Source of the DNA: Callorhinchus milii
Lineage: Eukaryota
Length of the DNA: 64,000 bases
Direction: 5' to 3'
Assembly (NCBI RefSeq): GCF_018977255.1
Contig: NW_024704751.1
Location: 13,826,001 to 13,890,000, forward strand
Positions 23,378-48,804 of the stretch are shown piece after piece. Each line of letters starts with the position of its first letter. Positions within the stretch are counted from its first letter, which is position 1. A program made the translations under genes and the position numbers. The notes below the pieces were generated by a model. The model saw nothing but the letters and a program-made list of their open reading frames with translations, made no database searches and was not told the DNA's origin.

Positions 23378-25256
23378 TTATTTTTTGGTTGTTTTGCGGA
23401 TCAGTGCCATCCTCTGCGAGAAGGAAACAAGGGATAATTGTAAAAACAATCAACGCTTATACGCTGCTTTTCACTTACAATGTCTCAAAAGTATTTTACG
23501 TGGACAGTGTGGAACGTTAAGCAAGGTGGTGGTGGGGTGGGGGGGCGGCGGAAGGTGGCAGAATGCATGCTTGAAGAGGCAAGTTTTTAAAAGACGGAGA
23601 GAGGGCGCAAGGCACGCAGATTTGGGGAGGAAGAAGGAGCATCGTTGTCTAACGTTTCTGCCGTTAATTGAGGGGTAGAGAGACACACAGCAGTCCCTAG
23701 ACTATAGAGCGGAGGGAGTCAGTGTTTCTGGAGGAGATAGCTTTTAATGGTGATTTATAAAGCTCAAACATAAGCATTCCTTCCTATTGCACAATGCAGC
23801 AAGGTGTCACAGGCAAATATCCCACCTGTTTGTGAGCTTCTGTTGTGCAAGCTTTCTTGTACGGCCTAATTTCGTCTGAGCCAAATCCTGGGATCCACAT
23901 ATTCCATTGGCGTTCTGTGGAAAGGAAAAGACTTGTGCTCAATTATCATAACCAGCTCAAGAAGACAAGTACCAAACACTTCCAAAGTCAGTATAACTCA
24001 AATCTACTGTTAACAGCATAATACAGTAAAACGCACATCAGTCTGATCTGTATAAATCGTATGATTGCCTAAGTCGTACATCTGCCCAAGTCCCGTTCAA
24101 GAGTTTAGATTCTATGCAAGTTTGACATAACTTACACTTTGTGTAAGTCATATTAAATGTGTGGTCCCAACTGATAGGTTTACTGTAATCGTTACGGGGT
24201 GAATGGAGGATAAATGTACACAACAAACAAAGAATTGTTTCTTCGATGCACGCACCCAGATGCAGCTGGACATCCTTGACTTCCAGCGTGTTGGATTTGC
24301 GATGACGGGCCAGCTGACATGCGGCGCTTACTACACTCTCAATAAAATCATCAGCGATCTGCAACAGCATCTGCAAGAAGATGAGGAAAATGGCTGACTT
24401 TATTTTATTGTCGGTCAGCCCATGGATATCTCGCTGTATAAAACCAGAGTGTGACCACGATTTCGCTCCTGTGTTTCTGTATAGAACTTACTTCCTCCAC
24501 GTCTTCATCGAGCTGTTCATTTGGATCAATTTCACGCACCAGATCCTGCAGCTTCTTCTTGCTCAACACCTGAAGCCACAATGAACACAAGTCAATTCCT
24601 CTCACGTGTTGGAAAGAACCGTAAAGCAGAGCAAAGACCTTAACATTAATTTGTCACTACCCTTTGTCTAAAAACACAATGTCACAACCTATGTACATAC
24701 TGAGGTACCCCAATTATTCAAATGAAGTGGTTATGAGTTGAATTTGTTTCCTTTAACACTCACTTAAGACATTGCAAAATAGGGACAGGAGGAGGCCATT
24801 TTGCCCAACGAGTCTGTTCCATCAGTTGATTGGATCTTTTGCCTTTTATATCTGAACCACTCGAGTATCTTGCCATACCAGGAGATTTGGAGCCAATCAT
24901 GACGCTACACTGCCAGACGTTTCTCCCCCCCCACCCCCATGTCCTTAAACTTCACGTAAAATAACAAATATATAAAATTATATATTAAAACGGCAAAATA
25001 AAATCCCTCCTAATAAATTCTCATTCCTGTTGATATGCTCGGACGCTATATAAATGCAAGTTGTTGTTGCTGCTGCTGTTGTTGATACCTGGTTGCCTTC
25101 TGGACTCAATCGTCCCCCTGAGCTTGGAGTTCCAGGTATTTTGACGACAGTGGTGCTGTTCGCCATTGTATTTGGGGGGGGCGTGCCGGACGGATCAGGT
25201 TTTACCGAGGGAAAATTGGTGAGGTTTATCAGAGTTGCCGGTCCAAACTGGTTCAT
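23378..25256 (-). CDS. TAF12: TATA-box binding protein associated factor 12, canonical 161 aa; exons 25089-25256, 24492-24569, 24256-24370, 23826-23914, 23378-23413
   Basis: MNQFGPATLINL...VLSKKKLQDLVREIDPNEQLDEDVEE MLLQIADDFIESVVSAACQLARHRKSNTLEVKDVQLHLERQWNMWIPGFGSDEIRPYKKACTTEAHKQ RMALIRKTTKK*. Exons of 168/78/115/89/36 nt, all GT-AG. AATAAA at 23014-23019 (-). Confidence 0.97.
24024..24185. mobile_element. Tigger/pogo-like MITE in a TAF12 intron (related copies 41303-41481 inverted and about 50040-50191)
   Basis: TA|CAGTAAAAC...GTTTACTG|TA termini with TA duplication; internal sequence shared among three copies. Confidence 0.6.
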
Positions 25257-28200
25257 AATCTGTTGGGCTTTGACCTTCAAATCATTGAGTTTCTCCAGGT
25301 CCTGCTTCTGTTTAGGGTTGTGTGGGCCAGCACCAATCAGCTGTTGAAAACATAAAAGCAAAATATTATTTGTGATGTACAGCGAAAGACACAAACAGTA
25401 TATGTGTGTGTGTGTGGGGTGTTGTGAGCCGTCACTAGGATGAAACCAACCCCGCAGCTGTTGTCTGTAAGGGAACTGCCTGTTAATGGTTACGTGACTC
25501 TTTCGTGACACATTCACAAAGATCAAAGCTGCTCCTGGTTCTCCAGCAGGACCCGCAATGTGGGCAGGTCGAGCCACAGTCACACAATCATTCCCCCCCC
25601 ACCCCACTCTAGTCAGATGCCATTTCCAGGCGTGGTGTCCCAGTGATTATAGCGTCCCTCACTGTAACCAGCCACAACTCGACGCAGCGCGACTGACTGT
25701 GTTGCTGGGATTTATTCAAACACAGTTTAAAAATACTTGTTCGAATAAGAAGACATTTGAGTTAGCGTTTAACACGAGCGTGCCAGCAGTGAAATTAGAC
25801 TGTATAAAGCATCACACTGATAATAAAAAGCCGCATTTCTGAGCGAGGAGCCCTTGGACAGTCTCAAGACTCCACCTCTTCGACCGCGTCTTTGGTCACC
25901 CTCCTCCCCCTACCCTCCTTGCCCTCCAGCCCTCTTTATCCCAAACCTCAGCTCAGGTCCAAACCCATAACTGTCCAGTACCTTGGGACGTCCTCCGGGT
26001 GTGAAAGTTGCTGTACAAATGTAATTTGTCAGACTGACATCAGTAGCCCATTCTTGACTAGGTACTGAAAATCACCATCAGCAACCACTAAAAGGGGTAA
26101 CTTTAACCTCTTCATTGGATGTCAGCCCCTGGAATATTGCCCGTCCTTGAACGAGTTGATTCAGACAATGACGAAATGTTGGTCAGATGGTTAGCGGTTT
26201 ATTTCATGCAATTATTTTCAAGTTAAATATAGAAAAATGGAAACACAACCGGACCGAGCGGTGGGCTGGGACAAACGTGAGGCAAACACATGAATCACGC
26301 AGCTACTGTGCAGTGCCATTTTTTGGTGAGAGGTTCAAACAAAGTACTGGAAGCAGTCAGTCCCCAGCGATATAAAGTAACACAGAGGCAAAGAGCCAAA
26401 TAGGTTGGCACTGCAGCCTTCGTTAGAGCCACTCTCTACCCCAATTCACATGTAAAACGTTGGGACACAATCCTCTTAAGATACTTTGAATTAATAACCC
26501 CGCACAATTATGAACTCTCACACCTGTTAAGAATTCAACATTTTTCAGGATCTCTTGCCACAACCTTTAAAAGAGGAATCTTTAAAAAAAGGGAGCAGGC
26601 GTTTAAAATTACAGCAAAAAAATTAACTGTGCTGGTTGAATCAACTTTAGAACCAACGGGGAGGGGGGGGGGTGCAAATTAAGGGAAAATTGTCACTGGA
26701 GGAACCAGCAAGGTTTTTTTTCATGCAGGGAGTTAGTTGATTAGTATATGAAAAGCTCTGCCACGAATGATTGCACCACATAAAGCCAAAACAACTTGGA
26801 AAAAAGGAAATTGGGCAATTATTTGAAGCGGAATAAAAAGGTAACAGGGAAACCCATAAACGGAGAGGGAACTGGGATTAGAATTGTTCAAAGAGTTTAG
26901 AATTGGATGCAGTTGTTTCGCCCACAAAATACATAGTCAATCCACTTTACAATATACTCTGTGAAGAGCTTTGATATATCTCAGTGCTGTGACCAGGTGC
27001 TCTATCAACTGCAAGTATTATTATTGTTAGAGAAGCAAAAGCTCAATAATAGCAACAAACAATGGGCCCAAAGGCTTCCTTTTGTGATGCAGGTTCTAGT
27101 ATTCTATAACCAAGGCATGAGCAGATGTTATGAACACATTGATTAGTACGCAGAATGCTAGAGGATTACCACTATATGACGAATGACAGCTTAGTAGTGT
27201 ATTTTAGAGTGCTTAAACTAGTTAAAACATTTGAATGAAAGGTTGCGTAAACAGTCAGTCAGTTATAGAACTGAGCAGAGCTCAGAATAAACGCTTGCAC
27301 TTGTGTCCGTGTCGAGCTGGTGCAATAATTCAGTGATAGTTAAATTGTGGCAGTGATACCACTGCGGGATTTATTGATTGTGATAGCTTAGCTCCTGCAG
27401 TCAGAGAACAACCTTGCTTCCAGGTTAGGGCTCTTGAGCAAAATATGCAGTTTGAGTAGAAACTAATATACTGTATTCAACACATTAAACAAAAACTTAC
27501 GCAAGGAAACTTATTTTATTTATATCCAAGCCATCCTCCAGCTGAATATGGAATAAATGCTGTACTCCATCCAAGGTATATTCTTTCAAATAAAAGTTAA
27601 AACGTTGATTCAGAATCTCCTGGCAAATGGTGAGGAAGTGTTGGTGTGTTTATCTAGTGGCAATTTAACCAGCACTTGAGGTTCAACAATTGAAGCCTGG
27701 TAACATTTCTGAACGCATATTGCGAGCACTTTCGTGCTTGTGAAGGCGATAGAAGCGCTCAGGAATGGAATAAGCTTTTAAACCTCCTTACAACACCCAG
27801 GGACAGCCTCAAACATACTAGGTCACGCACCCTGCATTAGGCAGAGTAAAACCTCTTACTCTGATACAACATAGTTTAATGACCCTCAGAAAAGCAATCC
27901 CTGCCACAGGATACCATTCCACCCCAGCATGTGTGCCAACTAATAAGGCCAGTAAACTGACCAGGTTTTCAGCAGGTATTTCTATGTTGTGTTTAAATTT
28001 TTATACTAAGGTGCAGGCATGTCTTGAAAGAGTTAATCTGCAATAAGAACAATAAGCCCTAATATTCACATTTGCTCCAGGTTTATCTTTCCAGTGGGAA
28101 TATTATTTTATAGCCAACTCAGCAACAGCCACAGAAGCCAAAATCTAACTTAACATACAGGGATCGTGACTTTCCGCAGCAGATGTGAAATAACTTGCAA

Positions 28201-28317
28201 GTGAGTTACTTTAGCCCTATATTCTAAACTCTCAAGCAAACCTAAAACAAAACTCCTGCGCATATTCTTCTGCTGCATTCTCTCACGCCAGTCAAGGCCA
28301 ACTCAGGCACTACTTAC

Positions 28318-28386
28318 TGCTATCTGAGAGTCTAGATCTTTAATCACATCAGCTACTGCTGTAGGCCCAGATAATGAAGAGGTCAT
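28318..28386 (-). CDS. TAF12: TAF12 upstream coding exon (MTSSLSGPTAVADVIKDLDSQIA), spliced in phase 0 to 25340; with 25257-25340 it adds 51 aa (212 aa long isoform)
   Basis: Acceptor tttgtttctag at 28400-28401, ATG at 28386, donor GCA|GTAAGT at 28317. Segment 25257-25340 is open in frame (LIGAGPHNPKQKQDLEKLNDLKVKAQQI). It matches the long vertebrate TAF12 N-terminus as I recall it (TAVADVIKDLDTQIALIG...KQDLDKL). Confidence 0.8.
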
Positions 28387-30349
28387 TGTGACATGCTGCC
28401 TAGAAACAAACAGCATGGATTAAGCCACATACACTGGGTTCAACTAAACTGCCAGTGTGAGAGCCTTAGTAGAACATTCAAGCTATCTGAAAATATTACC
28501 GGCAGTTTTAAATATAATAATAATACCGCAGTGATTTAGCCGGAAAGCTTTTGATCAGGAAGTGGGACAACATGATCAGTTTGTGCTTTGCTGCCACAGT
28601 TATTTAGCGATTCCTCCAGAACGGAACTGCACTTGTAATCAGTTAAATGATTAATAAGTAAAAGAAAAAAACGAAATAATAGTTTGGAAATCTGCAGCTT
28701 GGTATTTTCACCTCCTGATGCCAAAAGTGTCTCTGCTAGTGTGTCGATCTGTCTGTGACTGGACAAGGACAGGGGATGGTGGGGAACTGTCTGAACAGAA
28801 CCTCTGATTTTCTGCTAATCCTTTTCTTAAAATAATTACAGGAAACCAGTTACAATTAGAGCTTCGATGTGAAGGCTGAATTCAACAATTACCAAACTCT
28901 GAACTTTCTGTAATGCCCAATAAACAGAACAAACCTAGACCCACGTGGAATTTCTCTCCCACCAACATGCGACCTGAAAACTCGCGGAACTGGTCAGCCA
29001 AGGGAGAGTCCGTTCCCCCATCCCCAGACCTACAGCCTCGGGCAGACTTGTCCCCACTTCAAATGTATCCAACAAAATAATTATAGAAATAACAAAAGTG
29101 ATGCCATACATCAAGAAATATTCAATCAAGAAACATTTATCTTGTTGATCAACCAAAAAGGTTGGCCACCACTGGCGTTTAATCAAAAATGCTGCTTAAT
29201 GTCTGTACAAGATTAGAAACCTTCCCCTACCTACCTCCAAAATATTGAAGAATGTCTTCTACAGCTTTTCTGAGTTACGTCTACCTTTTACACAAGTTTT
29301 CAAGGAGCTTCACTGTAACGGCAAAGTTTAGGAATACCCTTCAGTATTTTTTAATATTGGGTAGAGAAACTGACCCACTTAACAAACTGAAAGTTAATTA
29401 AATGTTAAATGTAACAAACGCACATATTTCTTATGCAACCAAACCAGGGAAGGAAAGGAAGATCAGCTCATCAAAATGTTATTATAGTTCATAAATTACA
29501 GCACAGAAGATATTTGGCTGACAAAGGGTTCGCTGGTAGTAGCAATTTCAATGGAGCTACCTATTCTGATCCTTATACCCTTGGTATAGTTTCTCTTCTA
29601 AATGCTTATCCATTTCCTTTATAAACTGCACTGACACCCTCAACTTCAAAAAACCACTTGCAGCACAGGACACCATCACTAACTGAAGAAAAATGACTTC
29701 TAACCTCCTTGGCTGAACTGCCAGGGACGCTCCTGACACACACCAGGGATTCTTCCCACTCAGCTCCCGTGAACCCTGCAAGCCAACGCCCTGACGGGTA
29801 GGATGGTCCTCACTGGACAAGCAACGGGAAAGCTTGCCAGACAGTGCTCCCAGTGCCTACAAGTTGGATATTGATGATCGCCCATGGGGCTATTTGAAAA
29901 GAGAAGGAAGAATCTCCTGGCATCCTAGACGACAATCCACCCAAATAAAATCAGTCACTCCACGGCTGTCTGCGGGAATGTCGCTCTGGCCACGTTCGTC
30001 CCCAAAACACATACACAGACTGCACTTTACAGTAACATCTTGTGAAGAGCTGCGAGACATCCTCCCGCAGTGAAAAGCCCAGGACAGATGTAAGGTGGCC
30101 TGGAAGGGTGGTTGAGGCCAGGACACTGGGACTTGTTTATAAAGCAGCTTGATGCTGTGATTGTGGGAGGAGTGTGTGTGGGGGGGGAGGGAGGGAGAGA
30201 CTGTGAAAGATGGATGTTCTGGAGGGATACATAATAACAACAACAATCCTCACATCAGGAGAACATCTCAAAGCGCTTTTCGGGAGTCGCTGTAGAGTAC
30301 TGTAGAGTGAGCGACTGTGGTGATGAGGATCAGTTGGGCTACAAGTGGA

Positions 30350-30892
30350 GGTGGTGGTGGGGGGCGGGGTGAGGGAGTGGGGGGGTGAGGGAGAGGGTGG
30401 GGGGGTGAGGGAGAGGGTGGGGGTGTGAGGGAGTGGGGGGTGGGGGAGAGGGTGGGGGTGTGAGGGAGTGAGGGTGGGGGAGAGGTTGGGGGGGAGGGGG
30501 TGGGGGTGAGGAGTGGGGGTGAGGAGTGGGGGTGAGGGGGTGGGGGAGAGGTTGGGGGGAGAGTGTGGGGAGAGGGTGGGGGGTGAGGGGGTGGGGGTGA
30601 GGGGGTGGGGTGAGGGTGGGGGTGAGGGGCGGGAGGGTGAGGGTGGGGGGAGAGGGTGGGGGAGAGGGTGGGGGAGAGGGTGGGGGTGGGGGGTGAGGGG
30701 TGGGGGAGAGGGGGTGGGGAGAGGGTGGGGGTGGGGTGAGGTGGGGTGAGGGGGTGGGGGAGAGGGTGGGGTGGGGGAGGGTGAGGGGTGGGGGGGTGAG
30801 GGGGTGGGGGAGAGGGTGGGGGTGAGGGGTGGGGAGGGTGAGAGGGTGGGGGTGAGGGGGTGGGGGGGAGAGGGTGAGGGGGTGAGGGGGGG
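30350..30892 (+). repeat. G-rich tract (GGGGGTGAG/GGAGAGGGTG)
   Basis: Seen directly, in TAF12 intron 1. Confidence 0.9.
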
Positions 30893-31092
30893 CTTCCTTA
30901 TTCAGACCGATTTCGTGATCTAAGTATTATTATATTATGATTCATTATTAATGAGAATGTGAAGTGTTAAGACAGTCAAAGTGAGGGGGTGGGGGGTGGG
31001 GGGGCAGTCAATCACACATTACACCCCGTCCTCCCCCTGCTCCACCTGGGGGTGGGGGTGGGGGGGAGAGAGGCCGCCGGGGGGACACTTAC

Positions 31093-31525
31093 CCTCCTCC
31101 TCCGACGCCGCCTCCGCCGCCGCCGCTCGGCCTCACTCCCCCATCCTGTGTGAGGGGGTGTGTGAGGCTCTGTGTCAGGGTTTGTGTGTCTCTATCTCTC
31201 TCTCTCTCACTCCCCCACTCTCCCTCTGCGTCTCTCTCTCTCTCTCTCTCCCGCCCTCCCGACGCTGACCCGGAAACACTCGGTGTGGGGCTGACCTCCT
31301 GACCCCTGACCCCCCTTCACTCCCTCCCTCCCTCACTCCTCGCCCGTCTCCCGCTCTGCTCTTCCTCCTTCGCCGGTGGTTTATTCGGACCGTTCGTCCG
31401 TTTTGTTTATTATTGAGAGATAAATAAACGGTTAATAATCAGCGTCATCGGCGGCGGCGGCGGCGGCGTGAGGGGAAGGGGGAGGGGAGGCGCATGCGCA
31501 GGTCAGGCCGCACCCCGACTTCCGG
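31093..31525 (-). promoter_or_regulatory. TAF12 GC-rich first exon and promoter (donor at 31092; ETS-type CCGGAA 31270-31275 and ACTTCCGG 31518-31525; NRF1-type GCGCATGCGCA 31490-31500)
   Basis: CpG/GCC-rich segment with a strong AGG|GTAAGT donor and housekeeping-promoter motifs upstream of TAF12. Confidence 0.6.
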
Positions 31526-31529
31526 TCAG

Positions 31530-32435
31530 TGAGGGGAAAGGGAGGGGTAGAGAGGGGGAGGGATAGAGAAAGAGAGGGAGGATAGAGAAGGGGGGGGAGG
31601 GAGGGATAGAGAAAGTGGGGAGGGAGGGAGAAAGGGGGGAGGGATAGAGAAAGGGGGGAGGGAGGGAGGGATAGAGAAAGGGGGGAGGGAGGGAGAAAGG
31701 GGGGAGGGATAGAGAAAGGGGGAGGGAGGGAGGGATAGAGAAAGAGGGGGAGGGAAGGAGGGAGAAAGGGGGGAGGGATAAAGAGGGGAGGGAAGGAGGG
31801 AGAAAGGGGGGAGGGATAGAGAAAGAGGGGGAGGGAGGAGGGAGAAAGGGGGGAGGGAGGGATAGAGAAAGAGGGAGGGATAGAGAAGGGGGAGGGGAGG
31901 GAGGGATAGAGAAAGAGGGGGAGGGAAGGAGGGAGAAAGGGGGAGGGATAAAGAGGGGGAGGGAAGGAGGGAGAAAGGGGGGAGGGAGAAAGAGGGGGAG
32001 GGAGGGAGGGAGAAAGGGGGGAGGGATAGAGAAAGAGGGGGAGGGAGGGAGGGAGAAAGGGGGAGGGAGGGATAGAGAAAGAGGGAGGGATAGAGAAGGG
32101 GGGAGGGAGGGAGGGATAGAGAAAGGGAGGGATGGACAGAAAAAAAGGGGGGAGGAAAGGATAGAGAAAGAGGGAGGGATAGAGAAAGGGGGAGGGAGGG
32201 ATAGAGAAAGAGGGAGGGATAGACAGAAAAAAGGGGGGAGGGAGGGATAGAGAAAAGGGAGGGAGAGATAGAGGTGGTGGGGGAAGGAGGGATGGAGATA
32301 TAGAGAAAGGGGGAGAGAGGGAAGCAGAGAGAGGTACAGAGAATGATAGAGGGAGAGAGGCACAGAGACAGAGAGGAATAGTGACGTAGAGAAAGATAGA
32401 GACGGGAGAGAGACAAAAGTGGGATAGAGAGAGAC
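31530..32435 (+). repeat. Polypurine minisatellite (GGGAGGGATAGAGAAA-like unit)
   Basis: Seen directly, upstream of the TAF12 promoter. Confidence 0.9.
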
Positions 32436-32648
32436 ACAACTGTTTGTGGAACACCGCTGTGCGCCATTGGCTGCACCAGGAAGTATTTCTTTACAGGAGG
32501 GAATAATGGAAATAATTGGGAGCGCTGCACTGTTAGAGGTATCCTCCTTGGGATGAGACGTTAAACTAAAGTTCCTCCTGCGCAGATGATCATTAAAAGA
32601 TCGCACGGTCCCATTGGAAATAAGAAAGTTTCTCCTGGTATCCTGGAC

Positions 32649-32970
32649 AATAATAATAATAATCCTTGTATTTGATATAGCGCTTTTCACGTCGGGAGGA
32701 CGTCCCAAAGCGCTTCACAGAACACACTAAAGTGAATCGATTGTATGTTTGTGGGCGAACGCGGCAGCCAATTGCGCACAGCAATGTCCCACAAACAGTC
32801 GTGGATTGAAAATGACCAATTTATTATTGTTTTTGGCTTTGGAGGGATTATTATTAGGCTCTGTGTGGAGTAAGGAAACTTGCCCAAGGTTTCGCCCTGA
32901 CCTGACTGGGATTGAACTCAGGTCTCTCGCTTGCAAAGCGAGTGCTCTAACCACTGAGCGACAGGACTCC
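32649..32970 (-). mobile_element. Same short SINE, full length
   Basis: Reverse complement of the 16908 copy. Confidence 0.9.
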
Positions 32971-33792
32971 ACGTAGGACTCCTAATCTTCCATGTAGATC
33001 GGTCATTCGCTTCATGTTTGTGAAACATTGCTGTGTGCAAATCAGCTGCTGTGTATACCAGCAAATACACAGCCACTACACTTTACAGCTATTTCCTTTG
33101 AGACATTTGACATAAGTGCTGTATTGAACGCAAACATTGTAATTGTGAGTAGAGACAAAGCCAGATACAGTTTAATCTTTTATCCAGTACAAACTTTCTA
33201 TTTAATTATTGATAAAAAATACCATCAAGAGTTTCTGTGACAAAGAATTCTCTTTTTGAAAAAAATCCATCAAAGCAATACAGGTTTTCTGCCCTCATTC
33301 GCAAAGTGCCTTTTACTCCTCGTCGACCGTTTTTTTTTAAAAAAAAGGAGTTACAAAAAATATTAAATAAGTGGATTACAAAAAATCTAAAATGCAATAT
33401 TCTCGCTTGTAAAGTGATTTCCAGTCCCCTCACAACCTGGTGCCGTAAATTCAGTGGCTTTTACTGTACTTTGAAACCCGTCGAATTCAAGACTGCCGCG
33501 TTGTCATATTTCAAGACGTACCTCTGTGACCGTGTTATTTTCCCCCGTCCCCCCATCCCACCACTCGCCCCTCAACTCCCAACCCGTAGCTCGGATGCCC
33601 AGCCAGCAGTATCGAGCCCTTTGAGGCGTGCTCCAGACACGTGTATCTAAAATTGTCTTGTCGAGATCTTCATAAATCAGGAATGTAGGTAGTTTTTTTC
33701 ATATATAATATATATATAATATACACACACACACACACACACAAAAACACACGTACAAGTGCTAATTTTCCACACTTTGTGGCAGGACCTTA

Positions 33793-48605
<14,813 letters not shown>

Positions 48606-48771
48606 CTCCTGCTCTGCCCTCTCCTGTCCCCAGTGAAATGGACCAGAAATTGTTCTGAGACTCACTCACTCACTCACTCACTCACTCCAATCATTGGTCT
48701 CCAGTCGAGATGTATGTTCATTTGTGGGCGGACTTCATCACTTTACCAACTTCAAAACTTTCAAGTAACTT

Positions 48772-48804
<33 letters not shown>

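Noticed and set aside
31432-32708. ORFs of 334-401 aa
   Set aside because: Polypurine repeat lacking stop codons on the pyrimidine strand.
21900-33700. U11 snRNA or SNHG12-type snoRNAs that neighbour TAF12 in human
   Set aside because: No recognisable match by eye; an Infernal/Rfam scan would be needed to exclude them.
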